Positions 25,923 through 34,357 of a stretch of DNA of 64,000 nucleotides are shown here, one piece after another. The notes under the pieces are model-generated. The model did not search any database, had not been told where the DNA came from, and saw only the letters and a program-made list of their open reading frames with translations. Each line of letters opens with the position of its first letter. Within the stretch, counting starts at the first letter, position 1. The stretch comes from an uncultured Anaerolineae bacterium (lineage in GTDB: Bacteria; Chloroflexota; Anaerolineae; VGOG01), in contig CAYMKL010000010.1 of the NCBI GenBank assembly GCA_964390805.1, forward strand, positions 12,158 to 76,157, given 5' to 3'. The position numbers were made by a program, and so were the translations under genes.

Positions 25923-27476
25923 ATGATCCCATCTACGTGGCCTCGTTGGACAGTGATCGTGATTGGGTTGATCCTGGCTGTGCTCACAATTGCCATCGCC
26001 TTGCTACTGGAGCCAGTGGGCCAGGCCTTCGCCCCAGCGATTACACCCACACCGACGCTTCCCTCTATCAATTACGCTCGTCCCGTCTCTGGCGAGTGCG
26101 AGCAGTGCCACTTCGACAGACAGGCCCTCATTGCCAGTGCAGACTCCTCTGAGAACGTGGAAGACTTCTACTTCTACATCGAGCCGGCCTCTCTGAACAC
26201 TCCTCATGGACACCTGGGATGTATCACCTGCCACGGCGGCACGGCGAACGTGGCTGACGAAGAGGCTGCTCATCAGGGCTTGATTGAGGACCTCAGTGAG
26301 ACCCATCCTGAGGATTGCCTGCTTTGTCATCGCAACCTCCCAGACCAGCTCCCTGAGGACCATCTGCGCACCCCCCACGGCCAGGTATCCAACGCTGTCT
26401 GGGAAGGCTCAGCGTGTGGGGTGTTGTGCAGTGATTGCCATGGACAGGTGGGCCACGGGTTCGACCCCGTCACGGGTGAGATCATCTGTCCCATGACCGT
26501 GTGCCTGGATTGCCACATTGAGCGCGGGCTGGGAGAAAAGCTCACCGATTGTAACACCTGTCACGTTGGCCCCCACGATGTGGCTGTGGCCATGACCTGC
26601 AAGGACTGCCATACCTCCACGGACACGTGGAAAGAGACGGCGCTGTCGGTGCATCCAGTGGAGATCATGGGCCAGCACGCCACAGCAGATTGCTTTTCCT
26701 GCCACGGGTGGCCCGATTTCAAGGGATTGGACTATGTCTGCAGCGACTGCCACAAGCAGTCTCACGACTTCGGCGGCGACAACTGTGCACTGTGTCACAC
26801 CTCGGTCGGCTGGGCTGAGTCAGCCGATGCACTGGTGGCCGGTGCCACGGGCATCCCCCATCCAGTAGTCGGGCGCGAAGACTGCCGATCCTGCCACGGA
26901 TTAGAGGGCCAGCCACCTATCCCGGTTGATCACAAGGGGCGCATCAACGATACCTGTCAGATCTGTCACGTCCTGGAACCGGCGCCGGCCATCCTGCACC
27001 CGGTGGAGGGGCACGAGCGTTGCCTGAGCTGCCACGGCGAGGGCCAGGTTGCCCAGTTCCCGCTCTCTACGCACAGAGACCGTGATGAGGCGAGTTGCCG
27101 CGCCTGCCACGACCCAGCCGGTGTGGTGCCGCTGCCCATCTCACATCCGCTGGAGGGGAGGGAGGACTGTCTCATGTGCCATGCAGCCGAGGCTTTCATG
27201 CCCTATCCAGACAGCCACGAGGGCTGGGGGAATGAGCTCTGTCAGCTTTGTCACGAGGCTGGAGCACTGCCGAGCGAGGGGGAACATCCCTTCCCGCAGG
27301 ATCACGACGGGGCGGCCAAGGTTTGTGTCCTCTGCCACTCTGGCAATGACTTCACGGCCTATCAGTGTGACACTTGCCATGCCGCGGATGGAATGCAGCA
27401 AGTGCACAGTGCGCGAGGAATCAGCGGGATAGAGAATACCTGTGCGCTCTGCCACCCGCAGGGACAAAAGCCATAG
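25923..27476 (+). CDS. 19-heme c-type cytochrome with N-terminal signal peptide
   Basis: 19 CXXCH motifs counted across 517 aa. Signal 'VIVIGLILAVLTIAIALLLEPVGQAFA'. Confidence 0.9.
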   Translation: MIPSTWPRWTVIVIGLILAVLTIAIALLLEPVGQAFAPAITPTPTLPSINYARPVSGECEQCHFDRQALIASADSSENVEDFYFYIEPASLNTPHGHLGCITCHGGTANVADEEAAHQGLIEDLSETHPEDCLLCHRNLPDQLPEDHLRTPHGQVSNAVWEGSACGVLCSDCHGQVGHGFDPVTGEIICPMTVCLDCHIERGLGEKLTDCNTCHVGPHDVAVAMTCKDCHTSTDTWKETALSVHPVEIMGQHATADCFSCHGWPDFKGLDYVCSDCHKQSHDFGGDNCALCHTSVGWAESADALVAGATGIPHPVVGREDCRSCHGLEGQPPIPVDHKGRINDTCQICHVLEPAPAILHPVEGHERCLSCHGEGQVAQFPLSTHRDRDEASCRACHDPAGVVPLPISHPLEGREDCLMCHAAEAFMPYPDSHEGWGNELCQLCHEAGALPSEGEHPFPQDHDGAAKVCVLCHSGNDFTAYQCDTCHAADGMQQVHSARGISGIENTCALCHPQGQKP

Positions 27477-27590
27477 CAAGGAGGTGAGAGCCGGAGAGAA
27501 AAACGAAGACAGATCAGGCCAGATTCTTCCTGGCCAGCAAACCCGTTCAACACACACAACATCTACTTAAGGAGGAAAACAACAAGAACA

Positions 27591-28724
27591 ATGAAGAAGC
27601 TTACATTTCTCACCCTAGCCCTGGTCATCGTTCTGACCATGGCCACCAGTGTCTGGGCCGACGATCCCACTGGCGAATTTGCTGTCATCCAGCAGGCTGC
27701 CGACGACTATCTCAGCAGTGGCAAATCGCCGGTCATCAAAGCCGACGCCCTGTTCGAGAATCTGAACGACGGCGACGCCTCCAATGATCCCTTCATTCTC
27801 AGTGTGCGCAGCCCGGATCACTATGCCATCGGCCACATTGCGGGGGCCATCAACATCCCCTGGCGAGAGGTCGCCAAGCCGGAGAACCTGGCCAAGCTCC
27901 CTACAGACAGACAGATCGTGGATTACTGCTACACCGGTCACACTGGTCAGGTGGCAGCGACCATTTTCAACTTGCTGGGTTACGACGCCCTCAACCTCAA
28001 GTTCGGGATCATGGGATGGACCAAGGACGACACCGTTTTCGGTCACACTGATCGCTTCTACCCGGAGACCCAACCGGACTACAGAGTGGAGACCGACCCC
28101 CATGAGGCCACGACCACTTATCCTTATCCTGTGGTCAGCACCGGCAAGGCCGAAGCTATGGACATCATCGCCACTGCCGCCGACGAGTATCTCAGCAGCG
28201 GCAAACCGCCGGTCATTAAGGCCGATGCCCTGTTCGAGAACCTAAACGACGGTGATGCCTCCAATGATCCCTTCGTCGTCAGTGTTCGCAGCCCGGACCA
28301 CTATGCCATCGGCCACGTTCCAGGGGCCATCAACATCCCCTGGCGGGAGATCGCCAAGCCGGAGAACTTGGCTAAGCTCCCTACTGACAGACAGATCGTG
28401 GTCTATTGCTACACGGGTCACACTGGCCAGGTGGCAGCGACCATTCTCAACTTGTTGGGTTACGATGCCCTCAACCTCAAGTTTGGGATCATGGGATGGA
28501 CCAAGGACGACACCGTTTTCGGTCACACTGATCGCTTCAACCCGGCCACCCAGCCAGACTACAGAGTGGAGACCGCTCCGGTAGCTGTTACTTTGCCCAC
28601 CACCGGTGGAGCCTTGCCTGCCGAAGCTGCGTCCCTGGGCCTGGTGGTCTTTGGTGCCGTCTCTCTAACCGCCGGCGTGGCCAGCTATGCCTGGCGCCGC
28701 CGCAACCTGCGCAAGGCTGCCTGA
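27591..28724 (+). CDS. secreted tandem-rhodanese (sulfurtransferase) protein with a C-terminal LPXTG sortase sorting signal
   Basis: Signal peptide. Two repeated rhodanese modules, each with 'YCYTGHTGQVAATI' containing the active-site Cys. C-terminal 'LPTTGG' + hydrophobic 'LGLVVFGAVSLTAGVASYA' + 'WRRRNLRKAA'. Confidence 0.85.
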   Translation: MKKLTFLTLALVIVLTMATSVWADDPTGEFAVIQQAADDYLSSGKSPVIKADALFENLNDGDASNDPFILSVRSPDHYAIGHIAGAINIPWREVAKPENLAKLPTDRQIVDYCYTGHTGQVAATIFNLLGYDALNLKFGIMGWTKDDTVFGHTDRFYPETQPDYRVETDPHEATTTYPYPVVSTGKAEAMDIIATAADEYLSSGKPPVIKADALFENLNDGDASNDPFVVSVRSPDHYAIGHVPGAINIPWREIAKPENLAKLPTDRQIVVYCYTGHTGQVAATILNLLGYDALNLKFGIMGWTKDDTVFGHTDRFNPATQPDYRVETAPVAVTLPTTGGALPAEAASLGLVVFGAVSLTAGVASYAWRRRNLRKAA

Positions 28725-28969
28725 TCGCTTAAGTTCACTAAGAAGACTCAGTAGATCCAATTCTGCTCGGCCTGGATCGCCAGATCCAGGCCAAAGGCGG
28801 GGAAGGCAACCGTAGGTTGCACGCAATCCCCTTGGAGCAATTCTGGATCTACTGAGACTCTGGGGATGAGAGGTCGAAGACGACCTCTCATCCCCAAGAC
28901 CATGTCTGCAAGTCATCCGGCAGGTGAGCCTGATAGCGGCTTGCCGATTCTAATTTCAGGAGACTGGCT
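28725..28969. other. intergenic region with nested perfect hairpins
   Basis: ggcctggatc-gcca-gatccaggcc; ggggatgagaggtcg-aaga-cgacctctcatcccc (15-bp stem). Flanking imperfect inverted repeat 'ctcagtagatccaattc' ... 'gaattctggatctactgag'. Confidence 0.5.
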
Positions 28970-29515
28970 ATGAACAATTCTACACTGCGCGGATTGGTAA
29001 CCCTGACCGCGTTGCTGCTGGTCGTCTTATTGGCGGCTTGCGGGCCTCAGCCGACGCCGGTCACACCGGTGCCGCCGACGACCGTAGTGGCTGCACAGCC
29101 CACTGATACCCCGGTGCCGCCTACGGACACGCCGGTGCCGCCGACTGACACTCCTGTCCCGCCAACCGCTACGCCGATACCCCCAACCGATACTCCTATC
29201 CCACCCACTGCCACGCCGGTACCTCCGACCGATACCCCGGTGCCGCCCACCGCTACGCCAGTACCCCCAACCGATACTCCCATCCCACCCACCGCTACGC
29301 CAGTGTCCCCAACCGATACTCCTATCCCACCCACCGCCACGCCGATGCCCCCAACCGACACGCCGGCACTGCCTACCGATACCCCGGAGCCTCCAACAGC
29401 CACACCGGTGCGCAGCGCGGACAATTGCGTCGCCTGCCACACCGATGAGGCGACGCTGCAGGCCCTGGCTGTGGAGAAGGAGGTCAAGTCGGCCGAGACG
29501 TCGGGTGAGGGCTGA
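28970..29515 (+). CDS. lipoprotein with a Pro/Thr-rich repeat linker and one CXXCH; probably the N-terminal part of the downstream decaheme cytochrome (separated by an in-frame TGA)
   Basis: Lipobox 'LLAACG'. ([12 protein letters not shown])n repeats. 'CVACHT' near the end. Same reading frame as the 29534 ORF; stop TGA at 29513-29515. Confidence 0.7.
   Translation: MNNSTLRGLVTLTALLLVVLLAACGPQPTPVTPVPPTTVVAAQPTDTPVPPTDTPVPPTDTPVPPTATPIPPTDTPIPPTATPVPPTDTPVPPTATPVPPTDTPIPPTATPVSPTDTPIPPTATPMPPTDTPALPTDTPEPPTATPVRSADNCVACHTDEATLQALAVEKEVKSAETSGEG
29090..29400 (+). repeat. in-frame tandem repeats encoding the PT(D/A)TP(V/I)PP linker
   Basis: Reiterated 'cccaccgatactcctatcccacccaccgctacgccagtaccc'-type units. 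Confidence 0.8.
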
Positions 29516-29533
29516 GGAGGAGCGTTACCTCCG

Positions 29534-30622
29534 TTGGAGGTATGGGAGAAAGTCTTCGTCAGTGATGCGGACTTCATGACCTCAGTTCACAACACGCCCA
29601 ACTGTATCGGCTGCCACAGTGGCATCGGCGGCACGGACGACAAGGACGCCGCCCACCAGGGAGTGGTCGGCGACCCGACCCTGGATCCGGTGCCTGCTTG
29701 CGGCACCTGCCACAACGACATCGTGAGGACGGCCGAGACCAGCTTGCACTTCGCCATCAACGGCTACAACACCATCCTGACTGACCGAGGCGCTGATTTC
29801 AGCAATCCGGCCATGGCCGAGGCCTTCGACAACCACTGCACCGAGTGCCACACCACCTGCGGCCAGTGTCACGTCAGCAGGCCCGCCTACGCGGACGGTG
29901 GTCTGATCAAAGGCCACCAGTTCAAGAAGGTGGCCTCCATCAGCCTCACCTGCCTGGGCTGCCACGGCGGGCGCGTCGGGCCTGAGTACCAGGGCAAGAA
30001 CGAAGGGATACCAGGCGACGTCCACTGGTTCAAGGGTGGCATGCCCTGTATCGAGTGCCACGACGTGACGCAGTACCACGGAGACGGCACAGAGTATGCC
30101 CATCGCTACGACGGGCCAGTGTCGCCCAATTGCGTGGACTGCCATCCAGATGTGGAGGGCGGCCAGGACGGCGTGCCCCAGCACATCATGCACGGCGAGA
30201 AGGTGGCCTGCCAGGTCTGCCACAGCGCCGGAGCTTACAAGACGTGCTACGGATGCCACGTGGGCAAGGACGACCAGGGCCTGACCTACCGCAAGACCGA
30301 TCCCACCCGTTTTGAGTTCAAGATCGGCTTGAACCCACAGCAGAGCGAGGAGCGGCCCTGGGAGTACGTCCTGCTCCGCCACGCGCCGGTGGCCCGCGAC
30401 ACCTTTGCTTACTACGGCGAGAACCTGTTGCCCAACTTCGATGCCGTGCCGACCTGGAAATACACCACCCCGCACAACATCCAGCGGATCACGGCGCAGA
30501 ACCAGGAGTGCAACAACTGTCACGGCCAGGCCGACCTGTTCCTGACCGCCGACGACGTGCTGCCCGACGAGCTGGAAGCCAACGCAGCCGTCATCGTGAC
30601 CGAGATACCGGCAGGCAAATAG
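29534..30622 (+). CDS. decaheme c-type cytochrome domain (no signal peptide of its own; TTG start only if independent)
   Basis: 10 CXXCH motifs. No hydrophobic N-terminus. In frame with the upstream lipoprotein ORF across a single TGA. Confidence 0.75.
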   Translation: MEVWEKVFVSDADFMTSVHNTPNCIGCHSGIGGTDDKDAAHQGVVGDPTLDPVPACGTCHNDIVRTAETSLHFAINGYNTILTDRGADFSNPAMAEAFDNHCTECHTTCGQCHVSRPAYADGGLIKGHQFKKVASISLTCLGCHGGRVGPEYQGKNEGIPGDVHWFKGGMPCIECHDVTQYHGDGTEYAHRYDGPVSPNCVDCHPDVEGGQDGVPQHIMHGEKVACQVCHSAGAYKTCYGCHVGKDDQGLTYRKTDPTRFEFKIGLNPQQSEERPWEYVLLRHAPVARDTFAYYGENLLPNFDAVPTWKYTTPHNIQRITAQNQECNNCHGQADLFLTADDVLPDELEANAAVIVTEIPAGK

Positions 30623-30648
30623 AAAGCTCGCTCTTGGGCAAAACCACT

Positions 30649-30683
30649 GAGCCATCCTTGTGAAACAGGATGGCTCTTTTGTT
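30649..30683 (+). terminator. rho-independent terminator
   Basis: gagccatcc / ggatggctc 9-bp stem with loop ttgtgaaacag, followed by TTTTGTT. Confidence 0.7.
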
Positions 30684-30765
30684 CCCAGGTCCGATGTCCC
30701 CTAGACGAGAGAGACCTAGCACTATTCGGGTCTCTTTGCGCTTTGAGTTTTTAATGTTCCAACTC

Positions 30766-30794
30766 TTGACAAAATGCCAAAAAGGTGATATAAT
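30766..30794 (+). promoter_or_regulatory. consensus sigma70 promoter (TTGACA - 17 nt - TGaTATAAT), near-identical to the promoter at 24181
   Basis: cTTGACAAAAtGCcAAAAAgGTGaTATAATc vs cTTGACAAAAgGCgAAAAAcGTGtTATAATc. Confidence 0.7.
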
Positions 30795-30848
30795 CTATAT
30801 GTGTAAATTGTCACTATAGGCAGATTGACGTTATTGTTGGGAGGTGAA

Positions 30849-31258
30849 TTATGCCACGCGGTCGTCGTCGGAGGGGAAGGGGGGGCAGAGGTGGTGGCCC
30901 CTGCCCCACGCGAATATATCGTTTCGTGGAACCGTGTCTGCTCCTGCTGCTTCATCGCGGTGCATCCCACGGCTATAGCCTGGTGGAGGAGTTGAAGGAG
31001 TTCGGGTTTGCGGAGACTCCCATTGATCCCAGCATGGTCTATCGCGCCTTGAGGGAGATGGAGGCCCTGGGTCTCGTGACCTCAGCCTGGGATACCGAGG
31101 GCTCAGGGCCGCCACGGCGGGTCTATCAAATAACCGCCGAGGGCGACCAACACCTGGCCCTATGCGTGGCCGACCTGCGGGAAATGGACCGGGTGCTGCA
31201 CAGCTTCTTTGTCGCTTATGATAGCCACATGGAGGAGGGCGAGGGTGAGCATCATTGA
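30849..31258 (+). CDS. PadR-family transcriptional regulator
   Basis: 'HGYSLVEELKEFGF...SMVYRALREMEALGLVTSAWDTEG...RRVYQITAEGDQHL'. Arg/Gly-rich N-terminus. Confidence 0.85.
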
Positions 31259-32003
31259 TGATCTGATCGCCTCTCTGAGAGGCGATGCTCCCGTGCGCGA
31301 AGTACGGGTCTGCGCCTTCTGGACGGCAGTGGTGCTTGATGACGGACGCTGCGGACTGGCTTCCACTCTGCGTCCCGATGAGCCTCAGTGTGCTGGCCCC
31401 GCTCCCCTGGTGCCGCGGGCAGGCCACCTGTTGGATTGCAGCGCGATGGAGCTATCTCAATACGCCAGATCCGAGAGCCTCCTGGAGGCCTCCATCGGGA
31501 TGGCGGCTGTGAACTCCCTGATGGAGATTGACGAGAGCCGGTATGTGGAGCTAAACGCGGGGGATGTCATCCTGAAGGAGGGAACGGGCAGGAAAGTGGC
31601 CATCGTGGGGCACTTTCCCTTCACCCCCAGGGTGAGGGAGGCGGCCGAGAAGCTGTGGGTGCTGGAAAAGAGGCCATTGGAGGGAGACCTGCCTGCGGAG
31701 ATGGCGGCCGAGGTGCTCCCCCAGGCAGACGTGGCGGCCATCACCGGCACCTCGCTCATCAACCACACCTTTGAGGGATTGATGAAGCTGTGCCGCCCCG
31801 ACACTCTGGTCATCGTCCTGGGCCCCACGGCGCCCCTCTCGCCCCTGCTCTTCGACTACGGCGTGGACATCATCTGCGGAACCCTGGTCGCCGACGCGGA
31901 AAACGTGCTGCGACTCATCGGCCAGGGAGCCAACTTCGGGCAGGTGAAGCGCGGCAGGGGCGTGCGCTTGCTGACCATGGCCCAGACGCGAGATTCTAGT
32001 TAA
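31245..32003 (+). CDS. DUF364-like (Rossmann-like domain; putative metal or cofactor-binding) protein
   Basis: 'GKVAIVGHFPFTP...ADVAAITGTSLINHTFEGLMKLC...LVIVLGPTAP...GVDIICGTLV'. GTG start at 31245 chosen so as not to overlap the PadR gene. Confidence 0.55.
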   Translation: MSIIDDLIASLRGDAPVREVRVCAFWTAVVLDDGRCGLASTLRPDEPQCAGPAPLVPRAGHLLDCSAMELSQYARSESLLEASIGMAAVNSLMEIDESRYVELNAGDVILKEGTGRKVAIVGHFPFTPRVREAAEKLWVLEKRPLEGDLPAEMAAEVLPQADVAAITGTSLINHTFEGLMKLCRPDTLVIVLGPTAPLSPLLFDYGVDIICGTLVADAENVLRLIGQGANFGQVKRGRGVRLLTMAQTRDSS

Positions 32004-32093
32004 AGAACATATCCTACCAGGACGCAGATGAACGCAGACAAACGCTGATTTTTTGATCTCATCTACGTGTAAGCAAAGCGGCATCTGCGTTCG

Positions 32094-33185
32094 ATGAAGA
32101 ACGATTTCATGAGAAAGGAGCAAGAGTTGGTTGACGAACAGCAGGTACATCAAGCGTTACGAGAGGTAAAACATCCAGAGTCAGGCGGTAGTTTGATGGA
32201 ACTGGGCATGATCAGGGACATAAGGGTGGACGACAGGCAGGTGAGATTCACCGTCGTCCTGCCCTTCATGGACGTGCCCATCAAGGATCAGGTCGTGAGC
32301 GAAGCGCGGGCGGCGGTGGAGAAGCTGCCAGAGGTCAAGAGGGTAGCCATCGAGCTGGCCGAGATGACTCAGAAGGAGAGAGCCCACTTCATGTCGTTCG
32401 GCAGAGAGACCGGTTCGGCTGAGGGAGTGAACCGTGTCAAGCACGTCATCGCTGTGTTGAGCGGCAAGGGTGGAGTAGGCAAATCTACAGTGGCAGCACT
32501 TCTGACTGTTGCTTTGAGGAGGGAAGGCCATAGAGTGGGCCTGCTCGACGCCGACATCACCGGCCCCAGCATCCCCAAGATGTTCTTCCCCACGCAGAGG
32601 CATCCAGATAACAGCCCCCTGGGCATCCTGCCGGTGGAAAGCGAAACAGGCATTGAGGTCATGTCCATCAATCTGCTTCTCCCCAGCGAGGACCAGGCGG
32701 TCATCTGGCGGGGGCCGCTCATTGGCAAGGCCATTCAGCAGTTTTGGGGTGACGTATACTGGGGCGATCTGGATTACCTGGTCGTGGACCTTCCCCCCGG
32801 TACGGCCGATGCCGCGCTGACCGTCATGCAATCTATTCCTCTGGATGGTGTAGTTCTGGTCACCTCGCCCCAGGGGCTGGCGGGAATGGTAGTGCGTAAG
32901 GCGGCGCAGATGACTCAACACATGGGTACGCCCATCTTAGGGTTGGTGGAAAACATGAGCTACACCATTTGCCCCAAATGCGGGGAGCGCATCGAGATCT
33001 TCGGTCCCAGCAAGGCGGCAACTACAGCAGAGAAGTTCAACATGCCGTTTTTGGGCCGGCTGCCCCTCGATCCCGAGATCTCTAAACTCTGTGATGCCGG
33101 GATGGTTGAGAAATACCCAGCCGATACTTTCGCCCCCATTGCTCAAAAGGTAGTGGCTAACAGGGAAGCGAGAGCCGATAGATGA
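32094..33185 (+). CDS. apbC: Mrp/NBP35/ApbC-family Fe-S cluster carrier ATPase with N-terminal DUF59 domain
   Basis: N-terminal DUF59 'HPESGGSLMELGMIRDIRVD'. Deviant Walker A 'IAVLSGKGGVGKSTVAALL'. C-terminal 'CPKCGERIE'. Confidence 0.9.
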   Translation: MKNDFMRKEQELVDEQQVHQALREVKHPESGGSLMELGMIRDIRVDDRQVRFTVVLPFMDVPIKDQVVSEARAAVEKLPEVKRVAIELAEMTQKERAHFMSFGRETGSAEGVNRVKHVIAVLSGKGGVGKSTVAALLTVALRREGHRVGLLDADITGPSIPKMFFPTQRHPDNSPLGILPVESETGIEVMSINLLLPSEDQAVIWRGPLIGKAIQQFWGDVYWGDLDYLVVDLPPGTADAALTVMQSIPLDGVVLVTSPQGLAGMVVRKAAQMTQHMGTPILGLVENMSYTICPKCGERIEIFGPSKAATTAEKFNMPFLGRLPLDPEISKLCDAGMVEKYPADTFAPIAQKVVANREARADR

Positions 33186-33223
33186 AGATCTGCTGAAGGT
33201 AAAAAGCAAAGAAAACAGAGGAG

Positions 33224-33451
33224 ATGAAAGCGATGTTTCAACGATTATTCGGTCGTGGAGGCGGTCGTGGTGGAGGCCGCGGCCTGGGACACGGCGGAGG
33301 GCGGGGCCGCATGGGCGGCACCAAGGCTGGTGCGGGGCCCGACGGCTACTGCATCTGCCCCAACTGCGGACATAAGGCGCCACATCAGGTGGGTGTGCCC
33401 TGCTACCAAATGGACTGCCCCAAGTGTGGCACCAAGATGGTGAGGGGGTAA
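33224..33451 (+). CDS. small Gly/Arg-rich zinc-ribbon protein (paralog at 49206..49442)
   Basis: 'FGRGGGRGGGRGLGHGGGRGRMGG' followed by 'CICPNCGHKAPHQ...CPKCGTKM' (two CxxC). Confidence 0.6.
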   Translation: MKAMFQRLFGRGGGRGGGRGLGHGGGRGRMGGTKAGAGPDGYCICPNCGHKAPHQVGVPCYQMDCPKCGTKMVRG

Positions 33452-33454
33452 GCC

Positions 33455-34357
33455 ATGATCATCACTGTGGCTAGCGGTAAGGGAGGTACAGGAAAGACCA
33501 TGGTTGCGGTCAATCTGGCATTGGCTGTAGCATCTGGCCAGACAGCAAGCGAGATTGCTGAGAAGCCAGGCCGCTATGATGCCAGGATACTGTTACTGGA
33601 CTGCGACGTGGAGGCCCCCAATGATCATCTGTTCCTGAAACCGACATTCAAAGGGCAGGAGGAGGTGACGCTCCTGGCACCTGAGATCGTCTTGGACAAG
33701 TGCACTTACTGCGGGCGCTGTGCCGAGGCCTGCAACTATAACGCCCTCGCCGTGGTGAGAGGCCAGGTGCTCTTTTTCTCCGAGCTGTGTCACGGCTGTG
33801 GGGCCTGCGCGTTGGTGTGCCCTGAGGGGGCCATCCACGAGGTGCCGGAGGTGATTGGCCTCATCGAAGAGGGTGTAGTGTCCACCCCGCTGGCTGACCT
33901 CGACTTCGCCCATGGTATGCTGGAGATAGGTCGAGCTATCGCCCCGCCAGTTATCCGGCAGTTGAAGCGGCGCATCAACTCCGACCGGCTGGTGATCCTT
34001 GACGCCTCACCTGGCACCTCCTGCCCGGTGGTGGAGGCCATGAAGGGGGCCGACTTCGTGCTGCTGGTCACCGAGCCCACCCCCTTCGGCCTGCACGACC
34101 TGCGGCTGACGGTGGAGGTGGCCCGCGATGAGCTGGGCCTACCGGTGGGCGTGGTGATTAACCGCGACGGCATAGGCGATGAGAAGGTGGAGGAGTACTG
34201 CCAGTCGGAGGGGATCCCTATCCTGATGCGAATTCCCTTCGACCGTCGCATCGCCGAGGTCTACTCCGAGGGAGGGCTGGTCATCGAGGCCCTGCCTGAA
34301 TACAGGGAACGGTTCCGGGAACTCTATCGAAGGATTCGAGAAGAGGTGGACAAGTGA
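33455..34357 (+). CDS. MinD/ParA-superfamily P-loop ATPase with an inserted 2x[4Fe-4S] ferredoxin domain (COG1149-type)
   Basis: 'IITVASGKGGTGKTMVAVNLA'. Inserted 'CTYCGRCAEACNYNAL...CHGCGACALVCPEGAI'. Confidence 0.85.
   Translation: MIITVASGKGGTGKTMVAVNLALAVASGQTASEIAEKPGRYDARILLLDCDVEAPNDHLFLKPTFKGQEEVTLLAPEIVLDKCTYCGRCAEACNYNALAVVRGQVLFFSELCHGCGACALVCPEGAIHEVPEVIGLIEEGVVSTPLADLDFAHGMLEIGRAIAPPVIRQLKRRINSDRLVILDASPGTSCPVVEAMKGADFVLLVTEPTPFGLHDLRLTVEVARDELGLPVGVVINRDGIGDEKVEEYCQSEGIPILMRIPFDRRIAEVYSEGGLVIEALPEYRERFRELYRRIREEVDK

Noticed and set aside
29513-29515. Calling the TGA between the two cytochrome ORFs a selenocysteine codon
   Set aside because: The position is a Gly-rich linker (…SGEG-X-GGALPP…) with no catalytic role. 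Sec is plausible only because msrA appears to use it, so this is reported as an open question and not called.
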